A DNA stretch of 64,000 nucleotides from Magallana gigas (Eukaryota): positions 54,312,001-54,376,000 of the forward strand of contig NC_088857.1 of NCBI RefSeq assembly GCF_963853765.1. The letters are read 5' to 3'. Below the pieces are notes generated by a model, which was not told where the DNA came from, searched no databases, and worked only from the letters and a program-made list of their open reading frames with translations. Below, in pieces: positions 38,401 to 51,210 of this stretch. The translations under genes and the position numbers were made by a program. The first letter of the stretch is position 1. Every line of letters starts with the position of its first letter.

Positions 38401-38956
38401 CGAGGGCCAGCTCAAAATCTCCTTGGTAGTACAATGCCTGGGCTTTTTGGTAAACTCCCTACAAATTGTCAAAAGTTCATTAATTTGTTAAGTCCCACAA
38501 AAGGACGGGTGTGTGATCACAAATGAAAAGTAAGAAATGTAAGTGAAACAAGGCTGATAATTTACCTTGTGAAAAGTTTTATCCTCCGCTAAGGAGGATT
38601 CAGAGTCGGCCAAGGCATTCTCTGTATCTCCAAGCTGGAGGTAGCATTTGGACCGACAGACCAAGGTGTTTTTGTCACCGGGTTGTAGCTCAAGGGCCTG
38701 GAATAAAGATCGTTAATCTAATTAATAGTAAAAGAACTCAAGTATTCGAAAGCTTTAATAGTTAACTTGCGTAAACCTTCTGTACTTTTTAAAACAAGCT
38801 AAACTTTTTGAGAAAAAATATCTTCAAACCAGAACTTACGATTGTGTAGCTATCAATGGATTTCTTGTACTCTCCTTGTTTGAAAAGAGAATCTGCCTCT
38901 GCCTTGTAGATTTCAAATGTCCCTTTAGGGCCTTCGGATTCATCGCCGTCGTACAT
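32410..38956 (-). CDS. TTC25: Outer dynein arm docking complex subunit TTC25/ODAD4 (copy B), 12 exons (38956-38840, 38697-38566, 38458-38305, 37181-37120, 36224-36059, 35630-35412, 35227-~35020 ending in the N gap, 34449-34363, 34263-34067, 33298-33230, 33091-32770, 32470-32410), ~597 aa
   Basis: Hallmark segments GDFELALVFYHRGHKLRP, YLDTRTDFWRQQKPMYAR, SRGLDNLGRVYAR and WLYHEIGRCYLE. GT-AG introns with consistent phases. Confidence 0.92.
33678..34097 (-). repeat. Near-perfect 10 x 42-bp tandem array made of the end of TTC25-B exon 9 plus its GTAAGT donor
   Basis: Unit CAGGCCTCAGTATTAGTCGCCCAGTCAGAGT|GTAAGTCTCTA, translating as QASVLVAQSECKSL x10. Confidence 0.95.
34480..34890. repeat. Complex degenerate tandem repeat in TTC25-B intron 7, running into the gap
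   Basis: ATAGCTATCACAGAT and AAATCATATCACTGAAACAGAAAGAC recur. Confidence 0.75.
34891..35034. other. Assembly gap (144 N) hiding ~15 nt of TTC25-B exon 7 and its donor
   Basis: N run; expected exon length (208 nt) inferred from the paralog. Confidence 0.95.
37210..38065. mobile_element. Possible degraded non-autonomous DNA element in TTC25-B intron 3
   Basis: TATCGCA...CCTAACTCCATCAC near 37225-37270 reappears inverted near 38010-38055. Confidence 0.35.
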
Positions 38957-39020
38957 TTTTGCTCACTTCACAACTTTCACCAACCTCCTCTCAAAACACC
39001 AGTGTAAACTTCCGGTAGAA

Positions 39021-39034
39021 ATTACCCTAGCAAC
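39021..39034. promoter_or_regulatory. RFX X-box-like element upstream of TTC25-B
   Basis: ATTACCCTAGCAAC 65 bp upstream of the ATG, next to ETS-like CTTCCGG. X-boxes typify ciliary gene promoters. Confidence 0.6.
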
Positions 39035-39759
39035 CAAGCACGCGCTGAATCCCTCGAATTTCGGCGCGTCAACAAACTTTTTTTTCCTGTCAGCAAGTTT
39101 ATCTATTTAAGATGATTGATTCTTGAAGATTTTTCTACTTATGCAAAATGGAAGAAGAATATTTCTTGAAATATTTGCATGGTTAATCGTGTCCAGTTAG
39201 ATATGTTTACCCGGCATGCATAATTTTAATGAGGGGATTAATGAACACTAATCCCTCCGACTTCATTACAGTCGGTGATTATCGCTGGTGTAATCCATTC
39301 TCACTAATTCCCTTCACAACATTTAAAGTTCGTCATCGTTACGGCCTGTTAACACGTGCATAGTCTGCTTTAAAGTGAAAAGGAGAGAGAGAGAGAGAGA
39401 GAAAATCACGAATAGATCTTTCACTTTTGATTTGAACATATTTGTGCAAATTACACAAGATTCTTACAATTTACATGTTCCTCTCTTAATCATAGTATAT
39501 ACAATATGCACAATTGCCATAGTAATATTACTGGTTACTTAAAGTTATTGACTACTATAATAGTAATATTCATAAAATTTAATATGCATTTACAAAGTAT
39601 TGGCGAATATTGTTGCTATACGGTATTAAAATAGCAATAATAAAAAAGAAAATTAATTATTAATTAAATCTCGTAACAAACTCACTACCTCAAAGAAGCC
39701 AAATTTAATTATAATTGGTTCTTCAAGCCTATTAAAAAGTAATTCAAATAGATAGTTTC

Positions 39760-39900
39760 TCGCATTTACATAATTCTTGCATACAAAGATTTAGAAAAAG
39801 TAATAAACATCCTCCTTTTGACCACAAATACAATTAGGTGATTCAATAATGTTTCTACTGTTCAGATCATAATTCAAAATACAGATGTGTCTCAATTTGC
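39760..39900 (-). mobile_element. LINE (CR1/L2-like) 3'-end relic
   Basis: Translates as KLRHICILNYDLNSRNIIESPNCICGQKEDVYYFF, resembling the C-terminal zinc-knuckle-like segment of these LINE ORF2s. Confidence 0.55.
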
Positions 39901-40334
39901 ATTTTCGAACGTGAAAAGCGGTGCGGATCAGAAATCCTTGGCTAGCGAAGATGCTCAATTTTGGTACATTTAATATGTAAAATATTAATAGTGTGTTTAC
40001 CAAATGCAAAATATTTCGGAGGTTGAGGACTACTTTCAGTAATATTTTTCTTGAATATTTTGAGTGACGTTGCTTCTCTAACTTCTAGTTTTGAGAGAAT
40101 TCACCTTTAATGCATGTAATTATGATAATATAATTTAATTCTGGTTGTAACGCGCTTTCTGATTGGCTAAAAAAAAATTTATATTGTATAAAGAATGTTG
40201 CCCACGTCATAGTAAGACTAACGTCAAAAACGTATCAATACGCCTGACGTTACGGTTAAATAGTGTATGATTTTACGTCATTTTAAAGGTCAAATGACCA
40301 TTTTTATCTAAAATGAAAAAAATTTTTATAAGCA

Positions 40335-40480
40335 ATGAATTCAATATTCATTCAATAGTTTTATACGATATAAAATAGTTTGAAACAGTTTTACGCTTTT
40401 TTATAAACCGCTTCACGGTTTATAAAGCGTAAACTGCCCGAAACCATTTTATATCGCATAAAACGAAATTTATCATTCAT
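40335..40480. repeat. Long imperfect palindrome, probably the end of a non-autonomous DNA repeat
   Basis: Arms TTTTATACGATATAAAAT...TTTACGCTTTTTATAAACCG and CGGTTTATAAAGCGTAAA...ATTTTATATCGCATAAAA around a CTTCA loop. Confidence 0.6.
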
Positions 40481-42355
40481 AAACCAAGATTCCGTAAGGT
40501 TTGTGGTTAAAGGGAAATAACTCAAATATTTCATTGTTACGTAACACCAACTACGCTTTATTTCATCTATGACGTCAAAATTTATATGATGTCATAATTG
40601 GTTTATTTTTTTTTATTTCGCGGGTTTTGTTCATTTTTTGTTTCATTGAAAAAAGAACGGTTAATCAAAAATAACAGGACACAAGACTTTTATCAGTTTT
40701 CACAAAAACAAAGTTCGCATCAAGGTATTGAATAATGTTTAAGAAACACCAAATTACACATACCAAGATACATGTACGTTTTCCTGAAATCGGTGGACTT
40801 GGATATGTTTTCGTTTACAATAGTAGTCCAAAATTGACACAAATAGTTCATCAGAATTTTTTAAAAAAAGGAATCATGATATAAATAGTGATGTTATTTC
40901 AGAACATTTTAGGCATAAATAACCTCCATAATAGTCACATTTAAAATGTACACATTTTCAGGAAATTATTTATATTTCATCAACATGAAAATTTGAAATC
41001 ATGAACTTTGTCCTTTTGTAGTTTCAAAACCGTTAGGGCAAAATCATTTGAATTTCATGAAAAAAAAGACTTTAGTACATTGAAAGCCTAAAAATGAAAG
41101 CCGTAAATCTTACTTAAGTTACTTATATCATTTAATTACACGTACCATTGTGGACTGTTTTTTATTACTCATATTTACATTTCCCAATTCCCAGTGTCTT
41201 TGTGATAACACTACAAATCAAATTTGTAATGGTCATGTAGTCCAATATATGTACATTACAAATGACGTAATGTGGGGCGCAAGCGGGGTTTGTTATTAAA
41301 CGAATAAAACTAACTCAAAAGTGTTAATAATTTAGTATTAATATAACAATTTGTGAAAACTTAAAAAATATAAGTAATAAGGAATCATTCTTTGAATATT
41401 ATGAGGTGCTCAAACACGGTCGGAGGGGATAAAGCCCTTCCTATATACATGTACTCTTGAAAAGTCATAATTTTTCCAAAATTGCTTATTTTCCGTCTAT
41501 TTGACCTATATTCTTCTTAATCATCATGTTATCTATCATAATCAAGTAATTTTCGGTTGATTCGAGAAAAAAAAATTAAGATGTAGTGAGCCTTCTTAAA
41601 AAAAAACAGGATGGTCCCAATTTTTTGGGCGTTGATTTTAATCAACTCTCCTATGCAGTTACTCTGACAAACCGAAAGTGAAACAGTGTTTGGACCAAAG
41701 CACAAATCATCGCCGCTGACAAAAATTAGTTCTTGAGAATAATTAATAAATCCGAAATAATGTATGCTAAAGCATTGTTTTTCAAGGAAACATATTTATA
41801 AATACCTTGAAAATAGTCAGATTTTAAATGGTACGAACAATTAAGATATTTTTTGTAGTTGTATGTATTCTTACGCCAGAGTTCAATATAGTCTCGTTCA
41901 ATTCGGCGCTCGGCTGTCTCCGTAAATCTCCGACAAGCAGAGAGTCTCTCTTACAATGTACTTGTCGGAGATTAACGGCGATAGCCGAGCGTTTGGTTGA
42001 ACGAGACGAGAGTTCAATATTGTTTGGATCCATAAATTCTCAAGAAATGTTTATATCACTGATACATAGTTTGATTGAATTTATTATATCTTTAAATATT
42101 ATTTAACATGATTCATATGGGGTTTTATCAACATTCTTGTGTCGAAAAAGTCCGAAAATTCATATTATAAAAATGTGCGTAATTCAAATACAGATTGGAA
42201 ACCACCTGTACTTGTCATGCAAAATAACATATCATTGATTTTAAAATAAATAAGCATCGATAAAACCAACTCCCGTCAGTTCTTCGGTACTTTGATTTCT
42301 ATATGTTTGTACTTTTAAATGCATGAAGAATCTTTTCGCAAGCATGCCTGCTGAC

Positions 42356-42435
42356 ATCTTTCCTAGCCAAGGGTTTTCGGTCCACTCCGTTCCGTGGGGA
42401 GCGAAGTGGACTGAAAATCCGTTGCTAGCGAAGAT
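42356..42435. repeat. 80-bp hairpin mini-element; a half copy lies at ~39925-39953
   Basis: ATCTTTCCTAGCCAAGG...GGTCCACT and AGTGGACT...GCTAGCGAAGAT. Confidence 0.55.
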
Positions 42436-42778
42436 AGCCTGCTTAGTCCACTTTTAAACTTGAAGTATCGAAACATTTTTAATTTTTTTTTTTAATATTA
42501 TTTTTTTCCTTGTGTTTCGTGGTTTTAAATCGCGAACAAATATATTCTGTTAAGTTAACCCTGTTGAACATAATATTTTTGGTGAAAAAAACCCTTTAAT
42601 TTCGAACCAAACTGTTATTATCATATTGATTACGTATATAGACAATTTAAAGCGCAAAATAGTCTCGAAAAAATTGTGCAGCTTTAAATACAGAGATTTT
42701 CTTAATCGAGCGTAACCCCACGGTGTGTGCAAAAAAAAGTTGTGTAACACGCATCGATCAGTCATCTTTGGCACAGTG

Positions 42779-43647
42779 CACGCGCGGATCCAGAAATTTT
42801 AAGGGATATCTCCCCTTTCTCACTCTTTCACCCCCCCCCCCCCAAAAAAAATCTCATATGAAAGAACATTAAAAAATGAATAAATACAGTTTTTGGTTTT
42901 TTTAAAAATAAAGTAAGAACCCCCCTTTCCGTGTATGCGTATGCATAAAAGGGTTTTCTATTATATTTCTATATACCTCTCTAAATACCGTATCTAAGTT
43001 TAGCAAAGAAGTGGTGCGAGGTCAAACACCTAGATCTGCGCATGGTGTCTTTTTTAAGATCGTATTGTACTTGCGCAATCACCGCGCCGGGCACGTGTAA
43101 AGCCGCGTGGTTAAAGATATTAATTGTTATCATCCGAAAATTCTCGAAATAGAGTGATATTTGATTGCAAGTTTGTAATTCTCCGGATTCGCCATTCGTG
43201 AACATTGAATTGATGATTTTCGACTATAAAATTTAAAAAAATAAAACGTAGAATTGAAGAGGTAAAAAAAAATAATTATACATCGATGTTATTCCTCTCC
43301 TTAAATAGGCATATGTCAAGTTAATATGATAAGTTTACATGATTTTCCCGTTTTTATTTCTTTTTCTTTTCATTTTGTGGTGGTGGTGGTGGGCGGGGGT
43401 GGGTGGGTGGAGTAAGTTATTAAGAAGAAACAAACAAAATCAATAAAATGTATAATCTTATTTTCATGCACTATTATCGCACAACCTGCTTGAATAGGCC
43501 TTTATCATGCACAGATATAGAGATATAATTTTACAAAGTAAAATTAACGAAAATATTTTCCGACCCCCACCCACCCGTCAGGCAAAAATATCCCTTGCCC
43601 TTGGATCCCTCCTCAACTTCTTGGAAATAAATCTGGATCCGCGCATG
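42779..43647. mobile_element. Two small MITEs with CATGCGCGGATCCAG-type TIRs (42779-43044 and 43506-43647)
   Basis: CACGCGCGGATCCAG...CTAGATCTGCGCATG and CATGCACAGAT...CTGGATCCGCGCATG. Confidence 0.5.
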
Positions 43648-43766
43648 TATATGTAATTTGTAAATAAATAAACCCGGAAGAATGATAAATCCCTGATAAA
43701 ACAACCATTTTCACGGAAATATATTTGTAATCGTAAGATACAAAAGAGAAAGTGAAAGAGTGTCCG

Positions 43767-43882
43767 AGAAAATTCTAGAACCGCGGGTAATTTTGTATCA
43801 CGTGGATCTCGATATGTGTTTGTATTGGATACGAATATTCTAGACCTTCATTTGTGACGTCACATCCTCCTCTAGTATTAAA
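43767..43882 (+). promoter_or_regulatory. HSC70 promoter: perfect three-unit HSE (43767-43781), second HSE (43832-43846), CRE TGACGTCA (43855-43862) and TATA-like TATTAAA (43876-43882). Non-coding exon 1 ends at 43957
   Basis: aGAAaaTTCtaGAAc and cGAAtaTTCtaGAc; donor CAG|GTATGT and acceptor TTTTTTTTCAG| at 44265. Confidence 0.8.
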
Positions 43883-44269
43883 GATCGGGACACGCCGGGC
43901 GTAAGAGCAGACCGGTAAAATTAAGTAAAGGGGAAAGGGGAAGAAATAGAACATCAGGTATGTCGATCTTAAAGAAAGTTAAATCCAAAGACTTTGTAGA
44001 GCATGATATTTTGTTCAGTTGGATAAAAATTATCATTTTCTTCAATTTTGATAAGATTTTCATTCAACCCTTTGTGAGCCAGCACGTGCTCATTACGTGG
44101 GGACTAAAGGTCTTGTTATCTACAAATATTGCATTCTTTGTTAATTTTAAAATAATGATAAAAAGAAAAATTATTTGGTGGTTCAGTATCGGTTGATTTA
44201 TCGATTCTATTATCTGCTTCTTTGTCTCAAATTTGTATTTTAAACTCGGAGATATTTTTTTTCAGCAAC

Positions 44270-47008
44270 ATGAGCAAGCCAGCACAGCAAGCCATTGGAA
44301 TAGATCTTGGTACCACATATTCCTGTGTTGGAGTATTCCAGCATGGGAAGGTGGAAATCATCGCCAACGATCAGGGTAACCGAACCACCCCCAGTTATGT
44401 AGCGTTCACAGACACAGAAAGACTGGTCGGCGACGCAGCCAAAAACCAAGTCGCCATGAACCCCAACAACACAATTTTTGGTGAGGAGCTTGTTCATGTG
44501 TCAGTTTATCTGATAAACATGTTCTCCATCATTTTCCATTAAGTAATCTCCGTCTTGCAGAATTAGAGTGTTAACCATTGTTTGCTTCCTCATTGTAGAT
44601 GCCAAGCGTCTGATCGGCAGAAAATTCAACGATGCTTCAGTACAATCCGACATGAAACATTGGCCATTCACAGTGATCAATCAAGCAAGTAAACCCATGA
44701 TCAAAGTCGAGTACAAAGGGGAAGAAAAGACCTTCTCTGCTGAGGAAGTCTCATCCATGGTCCTCAATAAAATGAAGGAAACTGCAGAAGCATATCTTGG
44801 CAAGGTATGCATATCGCATATTTACTTTACAAATAAATTTGAATTTTTATTTTTGAAAATTTTATCTTGAAATTTAAAAATGGGTGTACTTTCACTTTCT
44901 GGACAGACAGTTTACACCAAATGACAGGGTTTTTTTTATCCCAATTTAGAGAAAGTGTACGTTTCTAATTTAATAAAATGTGTGGTATTTTCACTTTGCA
45001 GACAATTAACAATGCCGTCGTCACAGTCCCAGCTTATTTCAATGATTCCCAGCGACAGGCTACCAAGGACGCTGGTACTATCTCAGGATTAAATGTACTA
45101 CGTATCATCAACGAGCCAACAGCAGCCGCCATTGCTTACGGTCTTGACAAGAAAGTTGGCAACCAATCAGTAAGTTTGCATGGTAAATTGAACTTATGTT
45201 TTTCCTTAAATTCTGTTGACCATTGTTTGTGAAGTAGTTCTCTTTGTGATGTACATTACTTCCTGTTTTTGTAGCAAGGTGAGCGCAACGTTCTGATCTT
45301 TGACTTGGGAGGAGGAACCTTTGATGTCTCAATTCTGACCATTGAGGACGGAATCTTTGAGGTGAAATCCACATCTGGAGACACTCACTTGGGTGGTGAA
45401 GACTTTGACAATAGAATGGTGAACCACTTTATTCAGGAATTCAAGCGCAAACACAAGAAGGACATTTCTGAAAACAAGCGAGCTGTCCGACGTTTGAGGA
45501 CAGCCTGTGAAAGGGCAAAGAGGACCCTGTCCTCAAGCTCTCAGGCCAGCATTGAGATTGACTCTCTGTTCGAGGGTATCGATTTCTACACAAGTATCAC
45601 CAGGGCTAGGTTTGAGGAGCTGAATGCCGATTTGTTCCGAGGCACCATGGAACCCGTGGAGAAGGCTCTGAGAGATGCCAAGCTGGACAAGGCCCAGATC
45701 CACGACATCGTCCTGGTCGGAGGATCCACACGTATCCCAAAGATTCAGAAACTACTTCAGGACTTCTTCAACGGCAAGGAACTGAACAAATCCATCAACC
45801 CTGACGAGGCTGTTGCTTATGGAGCAGGTACGTCATGCAAATGACATGAGTTACGTTTATGTCATTTAATGAAAGAAAGAAAAAAAAACAAGTTTTCTTT
45901 TTGAGCAATTAAATGTTTAACTTATCTGTATGCTTGTACTTCACAGCTGTCCAGGCCGCCATTCTCTCCGGAGACAAATCCGAGGAGGTACAGGACTTGC
46001 TCCTGTTGGATGTCACCCCCCTGTCCCTGGGTATTGAAACAGCCGGAGGAGTGATGACCAATCTCATCAAGAGAAACACCACCATTCCAACCAAACAGAC
46101 GCAGACCTTCACCACATACTCCGACAACCAGCCAGGTGTGTTGATTCAGGTGTACGAGGGAGAGCGAGCCATGACCAAGGACAACAACCTACTCGGAAAG
46201 TTCGAGCTGACTGGAATTCCCCCCGCACCCAGGGGTGTGCCCCAGATTGAGGTCACATTTGACATTGACGCCAACGGTATCCTGAACGTGTCGGCTGTCG
46301 ACAAGAGCACAGGAAAGGAGAACAAAATCACCATTACCAATGACAAAGGTAAATAAAAGTTTTGAGTTGTATATCCCTGTTTTTTTTGGTAATGTAGTGA
46401 TGAAAACTCTTTCTCCATTCGCGGTTTCCACCAGAGGGCATTTCATGTCCGAAGATGGCTTAATCCTTCCTTGGATGTCTGAGCATTGCCAAGTCAAATT
46501 ATTGTGAAATACAAATTGAAAGAGGAACTTTGTCTAATATATATTAATAACATTGTATTCAATTCCAGGTCGCCTCAGCAAGGATGAAATTGACCGTATG
46601 GTCAATGAAGCTGAGAAATACAAGCAGGAAGACGAGAAGCAGCGCGAGAGGATCGCAGCCAAGAACGGGTTGGAAAGCTACGCCTTCAACATGAAATCCA
46701 CCGTCGATGACGAGAAACTCAAGGACAAGATCAGCGAGGGCGACAAGAAGACAATCCTTGACAAGTGTGAGGAGATCATCAAGTGGATGGACCAGAACCA
46801 ACTGGCCGACAAGGAGGAGTTCGAGCACAAACAGAAGGAACTGGAGGGAGTCTGTAACCCCATCATCACCAAGCTGTACCAGGCCAGCGGTGGCGCCCCA
46901 GGGGGTGGCATGCCCGGAGGAATGCCCAACTTTGGTGGTGGAGCCCCAGGAGGTGGTGCCCCCGGCGGTGGTAGCGGTGGTGGACCCACCATTGAGGAGG
47001 TCGACTAA
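44270..47008 (+). CDS. HSC70: Cytosolic heat shock cognate 70, 6 coding exons (44270-44480, 44599-44804, 45002-45169, 45275-45827, 45947-46348, 46569-47008), 659 aa
   Basis: [22 protein letters not shown] and [14 protein letters not shown] signatures, GGMP repeats and EEVD; 1980 nt; contains introns. Confidence 0.98.
46391..46487 (+). ncRNA. U14: U14 box C/D snoRNA in the last intron of HSC70
   Basis: Box C GTGATGA (46397-46403), CATTCGCGGTTTCCACCAGA, CCTTCCTTGGATGT plus box D CTGA, and terminal stem AATGT/GCATT. These match the conserved U14 blocks. Confidence 0.93.
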
Positions 47009-50000
47009 TTATCTAATACTCAATGCTGTACGGGAAAAATTGACTTGCTACAACGTGTCCTTTATTACTTATCTCAATGCTATCAAGAGAATAAAAGACT
47101 TGTTAACAATCTCTACACCATCAAAGGAGAATAAGACTAATTTAATGTGTTCTGATATACTAATCTCTTATTATCTATCGAGAGAAAATTGACTTGTTGC
47201 AATGTGTCTTTTGCTGATGTTGATTAAAAGTTGAAAAAAATTGAAACTGAAATGATTATGAAGGAAATTCAGAAAAGAATGATGCCGAATATTGATAAAG
47301 AAGTAAAACCTTTAGAAAGTAATTACGTGGGCCTGTATGCCATCATATTTATGCGTTCGAGTCAATTAGTGCTTGCATTTGACGAGAGGTTATAATATAT
47401 GCATGCGCTTTCTATAAAGTAATATTTCTTTCATAATTGCGTGGTGTTTAGCAGCATCAAGGCGTTTCTGCATGATTCAAGTTGTCGCTCTTTATATCGG
47501 GATTCCTACAACTACAGTAGATTGCCCTGCTTGTCAGATAGGGTGCAGATATTATAAGCATGGCAAGTCTTTCACGATGATCTCCATTTCTCTCAAGGTA
47601 CCTCACTTCATTAAGTCTTATACTTGTGAAAAAGATTTTATAATGCTACGCCACAAAATGCGATATGGCGATTTGAAATGTCTTGATTTGATTAAATATA
47701 GTCAAAGCGTAGTGGTTATCGGGCTTGTTAAACGCGATCCCGAGTTCAAATTCGCCTGAAGCTTGTTATGTGTAAGCGAAATCATCCCCCCACCCTCGCC
47801 AAATAAAGGCTATTTGAAATGTACACTAGCTTGCATTGATGCCTCATACTATCTCTCATTATCACCCGAAGAGCTCAAAGATAAAGAAATGAATTAAATT
47901 TTAAGCCAAAAATATTTTGATTTTGCCCTACTGATTAATGGACAACGACCAAATTCTATTGAAAATGTTAAGGCAGTTTTAATGGTAATTTAAATGCAGG
48001 CGTTGAATTGATGCAAGACTTATTGCAAGAACTATTGTAATCGAAAGTTCCTCAAGTAAAAAGGTGGCAGTGTTGATAATAAAACATTTTATTTAAATTT
48101 ACCTTTCTCTCAAAACTTCGTAAATTAAACATTTAGTGTGAGTAGAGTGCGGAAATTTATTAGTTGATGTTGATCAATGTGATGCAGAGAAGGAAGCTTA
48201 TATAGATCATGTACTAGAAATTATTTGACATTTTACTACAGTCTGTGTTCTCAATGTAACTATGGTGTTGATCGATCACTGAAGATTCCACACATTGTAC
48301 AGTTAAGGAGTTTGTATGGTGCAAGGACAATTTAACTATGTAACATAATTTATATCAGACATTTAAATGCTAGATCTGCGTTTGAGTTCAGCTTTTAAAA
48401 AAAAAGTTTAGGAATGCTTTATTCATACCCTGAAATTGGTTATATATCGTGAATCGATATTTGTCCTTTTCGTCATTTTGTATCGCCAAAGATTAGAACT
48501 GTCTAGATGCTAATCGAGTTTAAACTGAAATAGTACAAGATCATTGCTGAAATGAGCAATATCATTTACGATTGTTTTACTTTTCATTGCCATATCTTTT
48601 TCCTACTGTTATAATAACTAATTCCATATTCTTTAAGTATCTATCTATACTACATATATGTACTGTATTAAAATAATAGATTCGAATTTTTGGGCTTTAA
48701 TATCAAAAAATCGTAAGAGTACGGTCTTTTGTTTTATATAATTTAAACATCATCGGTACTTGAAGATTACCAATTTATTTTCATTTTTCTCAATCAAGCT
48801 TTGCTTATTAATAATCAACGAAAATTCTTTTTTAAAATCCGGAAATCATCTGGATTTTTTGGATTTTACAATCTTGCGCATTACATTCACAGTAAATCAC
48901 AGGAGGCTCTTTAGTTTATGTTTCCACAATATCACATTTGCATGGATAAACTCAGACACGAAAATACAAATACGTGTTAATTTTCATTGGAAATCTGCTG
49001 TATATCCTGTTCATAAAAGAAAATACGGAAGATAACTCTTACTCACTGCATATAATATGAAAAAGACTGAGAGTTCCAAAATGTCAACATGGTGTGTAAA
49101 TTTGAAGAATTTTTTAGTAAAAAACGTTGGTGAAAAAGTGTTGAATTCTTCATTAATATAAATTAAATTTTTAGATGAAAGGTATTTACAGTCTTAAAAT
49201 GTTTTTTTTTTTATGAATAATTTCACTGTTATTTTCAATGCAGATTCATTAATTTTCTTTCGTTTCGGGGCGATTATGCAATTGCTACTTTACGGGTATA
49301 CGGGAGACATTGTAACTCTGGTGAAGGCCTGTCCCCATGCAGACACAGTTAGATTATCTAACTAAGCAGAGTGTAGTGAAATTAATAGCATTATTGTAGG
49401 CTTAAAGATTGGTTATGTATATGTAAACAATTAAACAATACGGTGTGTCGATGTATCTATTTCGTATATATATGTCCGATATCATATGTAATGTCAACCC
49501 GTGCACGCACGGGTAAAAGTCTAGTATAAATTTTAGAAATAAATGCTCTTTTCTATCAATGTGTATGGAACTTACATGTACTTGTACCCTTATAGAGGAA
49601 ATCGTTGTTAAAGTGTTAAACAAGCGCATGATATAAACTATAAACTGGAATATGTAATAATTAGCAAACGCGTTCACTTCAACATTCTAGAATAGGTATT
49701 TATAAAACAATACAGTTATTTTAATATTAGTGGATCATCATTAATCGCAAAAATAGACCAAAATTATGTCCCCACCAAAAACAGCTATATACTAGTATTT
49801 TAAAGAAGTCAGAGAAAGAATTTGCGCTGCTTGATGACATTTACAAAATGATGCAGCACTGGCAGTGTGTAGATGAAATAATACATTTCGTTTTCCAAAA
49901 CTTAAAGCTTCAAACTTAAAGCTACAATAAAAGCGCTTATATTTTTTGTCTCTTGAAAGTATTTTTTTTTCATCACGCCCTTGTCTAGAGTTTGAGCGCC

Positions 50001-50300
50001 ATACTTGAAATTTAATTGTACTCGCGCATTGTGGGGGCTTATCAAGCCAACATTACGTAGGCTAAAGAAACAGTACTAAGAAAAAACAGAGATCGGTGAT
50101 GTGTTCTCTATTAACTACCGTGCATCAACACGTGCAGTTATGCTTCGTTTGAGACTTGGGTTCAGAAGATAAGATCTCTACAATACGTTTTCAGTTTTGA
50201 GAGGAAAGTTTCATTTACAGGATAAACAAAATCATCGTAATTGGGAATAGTTTATGGCTGCGGGCATCACATCCAATGGCCGTGGAATTTCTCAGGATCT

Positions 50301-51133
50301 ATGGAAGACTTTTTAGACGTCCGGTCTACCCCTAAGTTGTCGTCTGCCGTTCTGGTGACTGCGGTGTTTGTCCACGTGATCGGATTCTCGTCCATCCATT
50401 GGTCGGACGGTGGTGTGTTCTATACCGGACTTTGGAGGGCCTGTTTCCTGACCGTGCCCGGGTTTCACTGTAGACAGGATCCGTACTCAGCAGGTGAGTC
50501 ATATCACAACAGGTGCGCGTGAATCCACCACTATCCCGGGAATACCCATCTGATAGAGTCGGTGTCTGCACCATGTTGGTTTAGCAATAAACATTATTTC
50601 TATCGTCATAACGAAACTTGAAATAAGCTCTACATTAAAAGCTTATATCTAGCATAAAAACGTCTTTATTGCTATCATCTGTATAAAAAGATAAAACAAC
50701 TCTTCTACAAATAAATATTTATTTGTTATTAAAACAAATACATGATTGTATATCAGTATCTATTAACTGAAATCGTTCTCAAATATTTCTATAAAGCAAA
50801 ACATGATACATGTATGTTTAATAATAAAGGCAATGATGACATACTCAAATAAATCTAATTTGACCTTTACCAATGACCTAAACCCTTTACTGACTTGTAA
50901 TTACGACATTGACCTTTCACAGAGGGATATAAACTTTTCTCTGTTTAGTTTAACAGAAGTGTTTTTAGTTTACGGTTGCTGGTAGACAGACAGAGAGACA
51001 TTCGGACAGACGGACGGACAAAAAGACAGAGAATGGCAGACTTCCAGCTGGAAATATTAGGAAAGCTATCACCTTGAAATACAAATTATCAACAGTTACT
51101 ACTATACCACTGGTGATATACCACCCCACCCCC

Positions 51134-51210
<77 letters not shown>

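Noticed and set aside
44240-47192. Overlapping and antisense ORFs across HSC70
   Set aside because: Shadows of the biased codon usage of a highly expressed gene
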